NCBI RefSeq assembly: GCF_009914755.1
Contig: NC_060930.1
Strand: one strand, 5' to 3'
Length of the DNA: 64,000 nucleotides
DNA from: the human T2T-CHM13v2.0 reference genome, Homo sapiens
Shown here piece after piece: positions 1-12,924 of this stretch; the stretch's first letter is position 1, and each line of letters begins with the position of its first letter. Made by a program: the position numbers and the translations under genes. The notes beneath the pieces are model-generated. The model worked only from the letters and a program-made list of their open reading frames with translations, had not been told where the DNA came from and ran no database searches.

Positions 1-1919
1 TTCCCATTAATACTGCATGGATAATGTATGACCAGTAATAGGAACAATATAATAAATTCATACAGCCCTCTTCAGGCAAGGTCTCAGAGAGCTCTGTAAT
101 TGAAAATGAAATTAAAAGCAACAATAAACGAATTCCTTTACAAATTAGGACTTTACAGTCCAAAGTGATCCAGACAAGTAATGAGGTGTCTCCCAGCCCT
201 CAAGTATGGAAATTCATATGGAAGTATGCACATTCATTATTTATGTGTGTCAAATGTATTTGAGAAATCTAGTCAATGTAGTCAAAAATGAAATACAGCA
301 TCTCAATCCAGTTAATAACTAGGTATCACAGAAAAAATAATTTAAGAATTTATAAAAGTAATATTGAGATTAAAATGTTACAAAAATTGTCGTGAAACCC
401 CAGCCTCAGCTAGTAAAAACGCATATAAATTTGACCCTTTTTTGGTTAATATTGAGGGAATTATAGGCAAAATATATATGAAGTATGTTTGTAAATCAAG
501 TCCTCTGGGGTTGTAAGGTAAAAATATTTCACATTTCTTTTCTATAATTGCCTCATTTTCAAGCCGAAAATACTCCCTACAAAATTTGCCACTTTCCAAA
601 GAGTTTCTGTGCATATAGACAGGAAAAACCACAGCCATTTCTTTTTAACACTGTTCCTCAAAACGAAAAAGCAAGCAATTATACTTCTAACCACTCTTCA
701 CTAGCACAGGTTCTTCAACAGTCTGTGAATATAAATAAGGTTGTATTAATGCTCAGTGTTCAAATTGCAATGTCTCTTCACTTGTATGATTTCTGTGCCC
801 CTATGATATTTCTAGACCCCAAAGAGGCAATCACATGTGCTAACCAAAGGTCCCCTCCACCACAGCCAGAGTGCTGCCTTTGCTCTTTTATTTTCTGTTT
901 TTCTTGGTTCCCTGCTCTCCTGAACACAAGCTATAGCAGGTCCTCATATTGCCCCTCTTAATGGATTTCATGATCTCACAGTCCATAAAGAGGTACGAAG
1001 AATGGCCTGTACTCCAACTCCAAGCCTGCTTTCATTTACTCAACATTTATTCAAATAAATAAATTATAACTTATTTAAATAATTATTTGGCAGCCATGCC
1101 CCCAAGGAGCCTTGCTTGTGGCCAGAGCTGCACAAAATGCTCCATGAAAACAACTCCTTCCACTTCTATGTGTAAGCTCAACTAGACAGTATTTTCCAAG
1201 TTATTCATTTCTACAAGTACTAACAACATTATTCAGGCGCAAAGAGGCTCAATTCTGCTTAGATAATAAAATTGGCCCCAAAAGCAATATTTGTAAAGAT
1301 GTGACTCTGTTTACCACTTAGACAATATGTTTTTATCTGGAGCTCCTTGGAGCCACTAATCTCAAGCATCTTGTTTGATTGTAGTTACTACTTACCTTTG
1401 TGAAACTAAATGGCTCATTCAAAAGGTTGCCCCACGCAAAGACATGGTCTTCCCTAACCTGTATTCAAGCCTTTGTTCCATTTCTGGGAAGAAGGAAAGC
1501 TGAAGATTTTATGTAATATTTTGTTTTACTTCTACTTTTGTCATCAAGTTTCCAATCTTAGGGCTAAATTTCAATCTGGACTCAAACTCAGGAATATTAT
1601 TCCCTTCTGCACGATGTTTCTGATAAAGAAACAAGATAAAGAATCACAGCACTTTACGACCTTGATGATGGAGAGAGCACTTGTGAAGCGCTCCCAGAAA
1701 AGGGGAAGGCCAGGAGCAGAGTCAGAAAGTTTCTAAGGATGAACTTTTTTTTCTGAGTGCCTCAACTTTGACAACAGAGGCCTAATATGAATATTTATTC
1801 CAAGAATGTTGGGTTTTCTGGGCAGTCCATCAGCAGTTCTATTTGCATGAGAGAAGGAACAGAATGGGTGTGTTTTCATTTAGGTTTATAAAAACATGCA
1901 CACAAGGATTAAATTGGTT

Positions 1920-2640
1920 TTAATTGCAAATAACCCATTAAGCCATCTATTTCAATAGGGAAATAGATAAGTAAATTATGATATAGTCATACAATGGAAT
2001 ACTACAGGAGAGTTAAAACGATAGAACTTATCTGCAGATAGTAAGAAGAAAATATCTCAAAAATATAACATTGAATGCACAAAGCAAGATACAAAAAGAT
2101 AGTATATATTTAAATATGTCAAAAGATACTATATATTATTTATGTTATACCTTTATCTGCAGTAAAGGTGTAAACACAGGAAAGAGAAATACCAACTTCA
2201 GTATGAAGCTTATGTCTTGGAAGGAGGAGGAGACATGAAACAGAGTGGAAGTGGATTTCAACTTTTCCTATATCTTTAGTACTACAATAGTAGTTTTCTT
2301 CCCAACCTGGGCAACATAGTGAGATCCTATCTCTGAAAAAATTAAAAAATTAGCTGGGTATGGTGGCATGAGCCTATAGTCCTAGTTACTTGGGAGGCTG
2401 AAATGGGAAGATCACTTGAGCCCAGGAATTTTAGGCTGCATATGAGTCACCAGTGCACTCCAGCCTGGGTGACACAGCCAGCCTCTGTCTCAAAAAACAA
2501 AAGAAGTTTCTTCAACTACCTTATCTGAAGAAAATATGGCCATACATTCATTCAGATTAAATCTTGAAGCTATGCATGGGTGTCTATTGCATCATTATTT
2601 ATCTGGTTTAATTATTTTAACTATCTCATTATTTAAAATC
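1920..2640 (+). mobile_element. Old L1M (L1ME-like) 3' UTR fragment, interrupted by an Alu at 2302-2502
   Basis: L1M 3' motifs: 'gataagtaaattatgatatagtcatacaatggaatactac' and, after the Alu, 'tatctgaagaaaatatggc...catgggtgtctattgcatcattattt'. Confidence 0.65.
2302..2502 (+). mobile_element. 5'-truncated AluJ
   Basis: 'cctgggcaacatagtgagatcc...aaaattagctgggtatggtggc...gatcacttgagcccagga...cactccagcctgggtgaca', A-tail; flanks agttttcttc/agtttcttc resemble a TSD. Confidence 0.9.
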
Positions 2641-3249
2641 TTAAGTCCCTGAAAAAAACTTATCAAGCTTATGAAAGAGACACAGTTTCTGGCTCTGCTT
2701 ACATCTTTTTATAAAATTATCTTTTCTTCTCCCATACACCAGAGTGTCTTTGAATAGTCCCATGAATTGCACAATGGGGAAATGGGAGCAGAATCTAGCC
2801 TGCACTCTTACATCAAATGATGGGCACTGATAGGATTCTACCTGCTGGAGCAAGAGGCTCTATAGCTTCAAACAAAATTCCAGACACCAAGCAGGTGAAC
2901 TTTATTGACCCAGAGGGTCCCCTTTTTCAATCTACCCAAAGGCTTTGTATAGGCTAGTGATGGTCCTGATCTTCCCACACCAGATTCTCACTCTCCTCTT
3001 TTTAGAAATCCTTGAGATACAACTTCATCCTTCTCCCTTTAGACTCTTTGCTGTCTTACTCACTTCCCCACATCCTTCTGATTGTCCACCGGAAAATCCA
3101 AGAGCCAGAGACTGGCTCATCTTTGGAAGAAAAAAGAGATGGAAATTGACTGAGCAAGAGACAAGGGAAAGGAAGGCTTGAATTCTCAGATGTAAGACAT
3201 TGTAAGCCATCTCTAGTTAAAAGAAGGAAATCTAACCCTAAAGTCTATC

Positions 3250-3882
3250 TTTTTAATATGATAAAAACATGTAACATAAAATTTACAATTTTAACCATTT
3301 TTAAGTGTACAGTACAGTAGTGTTAACTGTATCCACATTGTTATGCAACAGATCTCTAGAACTTTTTCATCTTGCAAAACTGATTCTATACCATTGAACA
3401 AATAACTACTTCCCTTTACCCGCTCCTCCAGCTCCTGGCAACCATCATTCTACTTTCTGTTTCGGTGTTTGACAAATAATTGTCATCATGCAATATTTGT
3501 CTTTTTGTGACTGGCTTACATCTCACTTAGCAAAATGTCCTCAAGATTCAACCATGTTGTAGCACATGACAAAATTTCTTTTCATTAGCACTGAATAATA
3601 TTCCATTGTGTGTGTGTGTGTGTGTGTGTGTGTGAGTACACCATATTTTCTTTATCAGTTCATCTGTTGATGGACATTTAGGTATCTTCTACTTCTTGTC
3701 TATTGTAAAGAATGCTGCAATGAACATGGATGTACAAATATCTTTTTGAGACGCTGTTTTCAATCCTTGTGGCTATGTACCCAGCAGTAGGATTGCTGGA
3801 TTATATGTTAATTCTATTTTTAATTTTTTTGAGAACTGCCCTTCTATTTTCCATGGTATTGGCACCGTTTTACATTTCCACC
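3250..3882 (-). mobile_element. L1MB-type 3' end with internal (TG)n at 3607-3633
   Basis: 'aacataaaatttacaattttaaccatttttaagtgtacagt...cctggcaaccatcattctactttctg...catctgttgatggacatttagg...gattgctggatt' is the reverse complement of an L1MB 3' region. Confidence 0.85.
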
Positions 3883-4019
3883 TGAAGCCTGTTTTTTTCC
3901 CAGCTAAGTGACTTTATATATTTGCTGTTTTTCATTTCTTTATTAAATTATATTCTATTGTTTAATATCACAATAAGTGTGTACTCCATTTGATTGTCAT
4001 TTTTTATTTCATTATTTTA

Positions 4020-4165
4020 TTTATTTGGTTTATTTTTATTTATTTTTTTAGAGATGGTGTCTCACTACGTTGCCCGGGCTAACCTCTAACTTCTGAACGC
4101 TAAGCAATCCTCTGGCTTCAGCCTCCTGAGTAGGTGGAATTACAGGTGCACCCTTCCTGCCCAGC
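4020..4165 (-). mobile_element. FLAM (free left Alu monomer)
   Basis: T-rich tail, then 'agagatggtgtctcactacgttgcccgggct...aagcaatcc...cagcctcctgagtag...ttacaggtg'; monomer length only. Confidence 0.85.
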
Positions 4166-5234
4166 TTCAATGACCCATTTTGACAACCAAGATATTTTGT
4201 TGCCAAGTGTTGCTCCTAAGTACATATAGAGTTTTTTATTGTTCAAGCTGACATGTTTACCAGAGTTTCCCTCTTCTAATATAACAGATTTCTAGCAACA
4301 CATTCTCCAACACATAGAGTTATGGAAAACTTAATTTTCTAAAGAATGGGTTAACTGGCCAGTTGTGCAGAAGAAAGGCAGACAGAAGCTGGACAACTAT
4401 AAAAGCAGCAGCCACAAAGCCCAGGAAGCAGTCAATGGTTGTGTCTTAGATGACTATCTTTTCATTTATTTCCTTATTTTTATCTTTTTCTAGCTTGTTT
4501 TGTCGTTTTTATTGCATACTCATGTACAAAATCATTGACAGCATAATTGAATGCAAACAAAAACAATAAATATTGGTTGAATGGATAAATGAAGCCTATG
4601 TTTTGAGGCTTATATTAGAGCGCATATGGTTGCAAAAGGAGAGAAACTTATCTCCTAGGGCTGCAGTGACTGAAAAGAACACTGGCACCCACAAGCCCAT
4701 CCTAGTAGAGTGAAAGGGAGAAGAGCAACAAGAAAACTCTAAGAGCCTCTGAACACAGACATGACTGGCAATCTGGGGAAAGGGGGGAAATAACCTCCTT
4801 AGCCTGAGAAAATCAGGCTTTCATCATCCCTGGGCCAGAATATAGCAGTTCCCCTAACATCCTTATTCTGAGTAACAAATCTTCCATGGTTCCCACCCCA
4901 GAAGCCAGCTCTACTGTCAGTCTATGTGAGTTGATTTGGGACCATATTCACACTGCAGTCATGCAATTAGGCAGCACTATTTCACAGATGCCAGGGGAGA
5001 GTCATTCCCTGCCATCTTGTTCTTGAAGCCTTACAAATCTATTCAAAGAGAATTTGACCAATGGCGGAAAGACAGTAATATATATTTTTCTTCAAATATT
5101 CTTTTATTTAAATGACAGAAAAAAAATCTTGAGGAAAAATTCTATTCAGGAAAAATATATAGTTTTTTTTTTTTAAATTGGTTATATCTGCATTGACTTC
5201 TGGACTACTGAGTAAGGAAGACAATATTTGACTT

Positions 5235-5615
5235 TGTATTAATTAAGACTTTGGTTGCCAGGGCTGGAAATCCATATATCCTAGCTTAAGAAAAAGGAAA
5301 AGAGGAAAGGAAACAAGGGAAGGAAGAGATAAGAGAAGGAGAAGGAACCAGCTGACTTACCAAAGGCGGGGAAGCCCATGGTAGCACTGATCTCAAGAGC
5401 TCTGCCTCTCAGTTTCTCTGTCAGCTTCATTCTCCTTTCTGCAGGTCCACTTTCCCTACATGGTGGGAGACAGGCCTCCGCTGTAGCTGCCAGGCTTATG
5501 TACTTGAAATTCCATGGACAAAAAGGAAAAATCTTTCTTCCCTCAATGGTAGTTTGAAAAAAATCTCAAGAAAGATCCTTGGCTGGCCCAAATGAACCAA
5601 TAAACTTTGACTAGC
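5235..5615 (-). mobile_element. Old MaLR LTR (MLT1K/L-like) containing a purine-rich tract
   Basis: 'tgtattaattaagactttggttgcc...gaaatcc...agcttaagaaaaagg' and 'tgtcagcttcattctc...catggtgg...caggctta' resemble MLT1 in antisense. Confidence 0.55.
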
Positions 5616-6289
5616 CCAGATTGACTATTGGCAGGAGTTAAGATGTTAGCATTGGGTAGGTGTTTGGCATGTTGAGGATATGGATAATGGAAAATTGGGT
5701 TAGATATATATTTTTATTTGTGTTTAGTGAGATTCAGTTACATAGCTCACTGTTTTTTCTGCTTATAGTATTTCAAGAAAGGTTTCATAGACCAACAAGC
5801 ACTAGAATTAGGATTTAAATAAAAGATTTGTACAATCTGGATGCCAATTTTAGCACAATGCTTTATTACTTTTGGTACACCCTATTTTCCATTAAGGGGT
5901 CTTCCCATGTTTCAACTTAAAGGCATCAGAACTTGAATGCATCCTTGGCCACATACCAGCATTTGACAATTGTCCCTCCTGGCTCCAATACAACTTTCCA
6001 GTCTTATCTCTCATAGTGCTGTACTTGTGAAAAACACTCCCCCAAAACTGAAGTCCTTGCCTTTACTGATCCCTACCTTTGCCCATGATTTTCTCTCAGT
6101 CTGAAACAGTCTTCAGATTATTAATTTATGGATAATTGGACAAAAATTGGTATCAACAAATACAGTACAAAACTGATATCAACAAAGATAATTCAACAAA
6201 GATAATACAAAGGCCACTGTAATAAAGACATTAATGATGAACAGGTTAATTAGTGTCTTAATCAATGAACATTTAAGATTAGTCAATGG

Positions 6290-6804
6290 ATAAGAAAAGT
6301 GATATTCCCTAAAATCTTAAAGTTTATCTATCAAAAACACTTGATAGAGTTTTCCTAAATTTGACAGTCATAAAAATTTACATGATATTACCAATTACAA
6401 GTTGTTTAGAACCTGAAAGGGAACCTTTCAATTATAAATGATTTAAAAACATGTGTTTTTATAGCATATGATAGAAGAAAGACTGGGTTATCTTTTTATT
6501 CTCTTTATAGAAAATATTTTTAAATTGTCACATATAGAGGGGATCAAAGAATATACAGTCAAAAAATTGAGGAAAAGCATTAAAGAGGTGTGTCTAGTCA
6601 TTAATATGAATTATCTTGTTATTCTTCTAGATTTGTGATATTTGTGGTAGTTATATGTTTTTTGGTTGTGATTTCCCATTCTAAATCAATACTCATTTTC
6701 ATGTGTAAATATCTAATTTGATATTCATAACTTTCTTTCTATTGCTAAAGCATCCTTCAAAATTATATAAGTTTCAAACCCTGCAAAACCTGGATCTATT
6801 CCCA
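6290..6804 (+). mobile_element. hAT (Tip100/Zaphod-like) DNA transposon 3' part with decayed transposase dimerisation-domain coding sequence
   Basis: Frameshifted translation KILKFIYQKHLIE / VFLNLTVIKIYMILPITSCLEPER / MIEERLGYLFILFIEN matches the hATC pattern FPNL..LPxTSxxxERxFS..M.EERL..L.IL.IE; terminus 'aagtttcaaaccctgcaaaacctggatct'. Confidence 0.75.
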
Positions 6805-6945
6805 GGTGTCAGGTAAGAACCTCAATGATAAGGTGACATTTTTGCAAAGAACCGAATAAAGCATAAAGCCATGCAAAATCCTGGGAAGAGTGTTTTCCAG
6901 GCAAAGGGAACACAAAGGGAAAGGATTCTAGGAAAGAACATGCTA
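6805..6945 (-). mobile_element. L2 fragment
   Basis: 'aggtgacattttt...gccatgcaaaatcctgggaagagtgttttccaggcaaagggaaca'. Confidence 0.65.
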
Positions 6946-7090
6946 GGCAGTCATTATGTTTATTAGTGTGTCCATATGAGAGTAGAAGTTTAAGTTTAAA
7001 CTACCTTAAAGACATCCCTATTTAAGCAATACACTTATTGCTCCATGGGTTTAGCACTGTACCCATCAGTTGCACCTTGCAAACCACAGC

Positions 7091-7612
7091 TGTGGCAGAC
7101 AGCATTATTTGCCTATTCAATGTATATTTCCCTTCTGCCTTACTAACAGAACTCTGATATTATTTGGGGCTTCAATGTGCCTCACTATAAATCTATTTTC
7201 CCCAGCCTTCCTTGCAGCAGATCATGTGACAAAGTTCTTATCAATGAGCTCTAAGTGGAAGTCCCCAGGCCGAGCTCATGGGAGAGCCCTTTAAATGGGC
7301 TGACTCAGTTGGAAAACCTTTTTCCTTGGCCTTTACTTTCTCTACATTCTTGCCTGAAATTCATCTATAAGTCTGGAACACTGGCAGCCATTCTGAGCAT
7401 ATTCGAGGATGGCCATACTCTCTACCCTAGCAATGACAGAACAGCAAGCTAAAAGGGTCTTGGATCATTGGTGACATCATGGAGCCACCATGCTAACCCT
7501 GAGCTGACAACCTCAAGAATTCTTTTACATGACAGAAAAAGAAAGTTCTGATATGTTTAAACTACTGTTTTGTTTAGATCCCTGAAACAGATGGAAGCAA
7601 TTCCTAATCAAA
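7091..7612 (+). mobile_element. MaLR solo LTR (MLT1J-like)
   Basis: Begins TGTGGCAGAC; 'tttccccagccttccttgcagc..catgtgacaaagttct...ggcagccatt...gacatcatggagccacca...gtttaaactactgtt'. Confidence 0.75.
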
Positions 7613-7640
7613 ACTTTAGGTAGTGACAACAGCAAAAGCT

Positions 7641-7652
7641 TGTGTATATATG

Positions 7653-7712
<60 letters not shown>
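7641..7712. repeat. Compound microsatellite (TA)n(CA)n
   Basis: Directly visible. Confidence 0.97.
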
Positions 7713-9855
7713 TAATGCAGTACAAACTTGGAATTCCAAGGCATATATTATTGCAAATGGTAAACTTTTTCTTCCATACCCACTTGTTTAGAATAGTTCA
7801 TATAGAATCCACATAAGACTTTATTTTGAACATTTTAGTTGATTATTTGTTAATGCAGAGAGTGAAGAAAATTTTTGTTATTAAAACTTGCTTAATTTAA
7901 AAAGTCAATATTCAAGAGATATAAACATCAAACATCTTTTACAAATAATATAAATTTATCACGTATATTGCCTTAGACAGTAATGCTGTCCAAAAAGAAA
8001 CTACCTTTATTCATTTAGTTGCTGATAAACAGTTCTTGCTGTTTGTAATTTCATTATTAACATTTTAAATGTTTAACCACATAAAAGTCCTTTTTATCCA
8101 TATGCAGAGCTAACATTAAATACATTTCTATTCAGCAACATTAAAGAGAGAACACACAGAGAGAAAAGAAACCCTGTGAATAAGAGCAGGTTTTACACAC
8201 ACAAAAGAAGAAAGCAAGACCGTGACCAAAATCAGGCTGTTTATCTGATTAGTGACATAACAATGAAGATAATCAGTGATACTGAGTAGCATATCTGAGC
8301 CCTTCTAGAGTACTGCAGACCAGAACATCTGCATGGCAGAATCATCTCCCTGGGCTATTTTAAAGGTAACTAAATATGGTTCATTGTCAGAGCTAAGGAG
8401 CTGAGCAACGACGTGCCCGGTGGCTGCCTTAAGAGTACCTCTCTCATGGCTGAGGAGTGCCTTCTGCAGGAGCAATTCCCAGGCTATTGTGCCTCTCACA
8501 TATGTATGGTGTTCTGAAATGGTTAAGGAAAATGAGAAGCGCTGTGAAAGTACATTTTTGGCTCAGCATAAACCATTCATTGATTTGTGGGCTGCAAGTC
8601 CTCCAGGGGGTGTTGGGAATCCATATGATAGCTAGATTTTTACATTTGGATCTCTTCTTTAGCTGATGGATGTGTAAAATTTCATGTTAGCCTGGCTACC
8701 CCCTATTGGCTACACATCTGAGGAGGTTCAAGAGTATGAGTTATTTCTTCCAAAGTCAATTGTAATTTACACTCACTAAATTGCCTCCAGATCCACCTTT
8801 TAAAGATAGAAGACTCAAAATTGCATTCATTTTGGCCTACACTGCCCATTTGTGTTGAAACCACAGCCCTACTTTGGAGAGCCGCCATCACTAATGGAAA
8901 GACATTTTGTGGCTGAGGATCTACATTTTCCACAGCAGAGCAGAATGCTGGCAAGTCAAATGGCCAATGTACAAGCAGTTTTCAGCTCAGCGAAAACTCT
9001 AACAGCGCGCAGGCAGGCTGGAGGGAGGTGAAGTGGAAGCATGGGGTAACCGTCCTTCAGTCCATCTAGTGCCAGAAAATCAAAAGCACCAGTTTCACAC
9101 TATGAAAAATTTGCCGCTGGTCTGAAAATGGTCTTGAAATGAAGAAATATTTTGCTCCTTTCATTTTGCCCTTTCCCATGGTTTAGTGTATGCCTCTCTG
9201 TGCGAAGCACTCTTGAAATTTATTGCCCAGTTTAGTTCATCTTGCTGACTGACTTTTTAAAAATTAGCAATATTAATAGTTCTGTGTTTCTTTCCAAGCA
9301 GCACACCTTTCTTCCCTCAAAAACCCAAATTCCTAACGACCACTGTGAGGAACATTTATAATTCTCAATTCTTCTCACTAATTGCTTCATGCAGTTTTAG
9401 TGGAACCTTAAGTAGAAGTTTAGAGGGCTTGTTAGAAAGGACTGTTTGTTTCAAGACTGTTTCAAGACCAAAAAAAGAACTTATGAAAACAGACATGAAT
9501 TAATAAGCTATCAGTCTAAAACAACCACATTAAACTCAGATGTAAGCCACAGCATGTACTTGAGGAGATTAATTCATTCCATGACATTGACCTCCAGGCT
9601 CACTTACCACTAAAATGTGATGAGTCTGTGAAAGGATTGTTTTTCAAAAGTTCAGATTTTGTCAATGGGTTTTTAAGTAGGCTCTCTCAATTTAAAACCA
9701 GCTCTTGCTGACTGAGCTCCAAATGCACATTTGGGACAACAAGCGGAGTAAATGAGGTAAACAATGAGCTTCATCAAACCAAACACCTGATGACTCACTC
9801 CACCAGCCTTCCTTTTCCTCTCCTGACAGAGCCTCTATTATGAGTTCTCTTTAAC

Positions 9856-10008
9856 CCAATTAGGTGCCATCAATTTTCCACTCCAATCTCCCCATAACAT
9901 CCTTCTCCTCCCCAGCCAATGTTAAAAATCGCAACTAAAATACTCCCTGTGTGTTCATCCATCAGAGCCCAGTATAAAAATTCATGTGGCCCATTTACAG
10001 CATCAACT
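9856..10008 (+). promoter_or_regulatory. Candidate CCAAT x3 + TATA core promoter
   Basis: CCAAT at 9856, 9883 and 9916; TATAAAAA at 9973-9980; CA dinucleotides about 30 nt downstream. Motif geometry only. Confidence 0.25.
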
Positions 10009-11289
10009 GAGTACACCTGTCTTTCAACTTAGCATACGCTTTCTAAATGTACTTGTAATGTTGCAATTTAGACAGTTCCGTTTCTGACCGATATCACTGG
10101 CAATGCAAGTTGATGCTCTGGATCTGTGAGACCTACTTCTTTGAGGGACCCAGGTTTAAATTTTTGGCAATGCTTCAAGGTGAAAACTTTTGTTCCTAAT
10201 ATGAAGGGGACAGGGTCTACCACTCAACCTTGCTGACATTTGCTCCTGGGAGGTCCAACAGTCTTAAACAAAAAGAAGTAGAAACATCTGGAATCTCATG
10301 GTCAGCATGTTTGTTATGTTCAACAGCAGGGGAGCCTAGACTCCACATTCAACCCACTGCTAGGGAAGCAGCAGTCAATATGGGGTGGGGGAGGAGAGAC
10401 ATTCCATGTTATATCTAAAACATCGTATGAAGAAAATTATAGCCAAAGCCATCGTGTTAGTTCCATCAAATTCAGAAATCAAAACTCCATTTTCAGTTTG
10501 GAAATAGAATAAAAATTATTTTCTTCTAATATTTCACTGTTAAATTTAATTTTAATCGGTATGCAATGTCCCTAAGATATCATTCACTTAACATACCTAT
10601 ACCCAGGCACACATCCATCCTATGTCAAATGAGATCCCATTTTGAAGGGAAATCTAAAATACACTGCAAATATAATATTTTTTATTATTATTATCATTAA
10701 GAAAAATGATGGCATTACAAATTGAAATTTTAATTCTTATTCTTCACTAACATATCACTGATCTTACCAGGACAAAATTATTACATAGGTATACTAAGCA
10801 GTCCATTGAAACAGCTAAAATGAATGGAAAAGCTATAGTGTAATCCATTGCTTTTCTTTTCTAAAATTATGAATTTTGGCATGTCCAAGTGGGTAAGCCA
10901 AAATGGGATAATTTTTTGAGAATGAAGTGGAATGAAATTCAGGAGCTTTTACTTTTCAGCCAAATGAGTTGGAAATTATCACACTACCCAAAGGCGTCTG
11001 TAGTCAATTAATTATTCAAAGTCTAACTCACTTGACATGCAAAGATGAAGTTTAAATTCTTCTGAATCTTAATAACAACACTACTTGTACCAAATGGATC
11101 CAGCCTGAAAGGAAGAGGAGAATGGCTACAGTGCAGAAGAATGTAAAGTATGAGATCTTGAAAAGCCAAGATAAACATGAAAATCGGTACAGTCATAGCA
11201 AACTGGAGAGAGTGCATTTAGGTTGGGAAAGGGCAATGTAAGAGGAAAGAAAAATAAAAATATTTAAAAAATTTTTTGTTCTGGTCTTG

Positions 11290-12490
11290 CTCCACCTGAT
11301 ATCAAAATATACTATAAACTTGCAGTAATTAGAATAGTGTAGTGCTGGTGCAAAAAAGACAAATATATCAATGGGGCAGTATGGAGAGTCCAGAAGAACA
11401 TCCATGAATATTAAGTGAACTTATAAAGGTGGCATTTTAAAATGTAGGAATGAGCTTGATTTATGTAAATTATTTGAGGTAAAACTATGGTTATTTATTA
11501 AGAATAAATCAATTTAGATCCATACTTCAAAAGATACACAAAATAAATTCTAGTTAAATTGCCAAACAAAAATAAATCTAAGGATGTTCTAAAAGATAAA
11601 ACATAGAAGTTTTCTATACTGTTTGGGGGTGAGAAAGATCCAAATCCTAGAAATCATAAGGAAAAAGATTGACAGATTTAATAATGTAAATATTTTAAGC
11701 TGCTGTATAGTGAAAGGTACTGTAAACAAGTGAAAAAGATAAATGACAGACTGAAAAATTTTATAATGCATTTAATCAGTAAAGGGATACTATCTCACCT
11801 GTAAAAACTCAAGGAAAAGAAAATAACCCATCAGAAAAAATGGGAACAACTTGATTAACAGTTTATAGAATAAATATCCATAACTACTAATTACACATAA
11901 AGTCACTTAATTTTACTACCAATCAGAGAATGCTGAGAGCAAATCTATTTTCTTATAAAGTTGGCAAAGAGCAAAACATTTAGTGCTTATGAGGGGATGG
12001 AGAAAGAGGCAAGGTCAGGCAATGTTTAAGTTTGTGGAAATGAGTGCAATCTTTTTGGAGGCATGTTGGCAGAGTATTTTAAAATCTTGAATGTACATGT
12101 CTTTGAAGAATTCTAATTTACCTATGGAAATACCCACAGGAATGGCCACATTCCTACATACAAGCTATTCATTGTATCATTGTTTGTAAGAGAAAAATAT
12201 TTGAAGTGGCATAAATGTCCATCGACAAACTATAGTAACCAGAATAAATATATACATTTATTAAAAAGAAAAACCAATGTACTGACTTGGAAAGATGAAC
12301 AAGCTACATTAAGTAGAATACATACATTTGCATAATCAGAGAAATATCAGGAAGAAGATATATCAAACTATTTCTATTGATTATCTCCAGGGATATGAGT
12401 GAGAGCAGCAGGCAGATGTTCTTTTGTTTTACACACTTCTGTTTTGTTTGATTTTGTTACTATTAGCATATGTTACTTTCATCATAAGAA
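11290..12490 (+). mobile_element. L1ME-type ORF2 end and 3' UTR, highly decayed
   Basis: 'cctgatatcaaaatatactataaa..cagtaattagaatagtgt..tgctggtgc...gatccatacttca..atacacaaaataaattc...aaatgtccatc'. Confidence 0.75.
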
Positions 12491-12502
12491 AGACCAATCA
12501 AA

Positions 12503-12846
12503 GACTGGGTGTGGTGGCTCAGACCTTTAAACCCAGCAATTTGGGAGGCCTAGCCAGGAAGATCACTTGAAGGCCAGTTGTTGGAGACCAGTCTGAGCAA
12601 CATAGCAAGACTCCCTCCATCTCTACAAAAATAAAAATAAATTAACCAGGCACAGTTGCATGTGCCTGTAATCCTAGCTACTAGGGAAGCTGAGGTGGGA
12701 TAATTGCTTAAGCCCAGGAGTTTGAGGTTACAGTGAGCTATGATTGTACTACTACAGTCCAGCCTGGGCTCTTTCTGAGCAAGACCCTATCTCTCAGACA
12801 AAAAAAAAAAAAAAGAAAGAAAGAAAGAAAAAAAGAAAGAAAGAAA
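12503..12846 (+). mobile_element. Full-length AluJ (Jo-like) with A/(GAAA)n tail
   Basis: Dimeric Alu with J diagnostics 'gcttaagcccaggagtttgaggttacagtgagctatgat'; diverged TSD aagaaagaccaatcaaa / aagaaatactaaccaaa. Confidence 0.95.
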
Positions 12847-12924
12847 TACTAACCAAAATTTAAAAAAAAATTTTTTTTGATATTAGGCACTACTTTAGTC
12901 ATATACAGACACATTCTCACAGAA

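Noticed and set aside
548-961. 137-aa ORF
   Set aside because: TTG start, no recognisable domain and no supporting gene structure; consistent with chance in 64 kb.
6136-6210. Small local duplications here and at ~9447, ~15806, ~32966, ~48452 and ~54148
   Set aside because: Ordinary short slippage duplications with no shared unit or periodicity.
9617-9714. GTGATGA...CTGA at snoRNA-like spacing
   Set aside because: No terminal stem, no convincing C'/D' boxes and no rRNA guide recognised.
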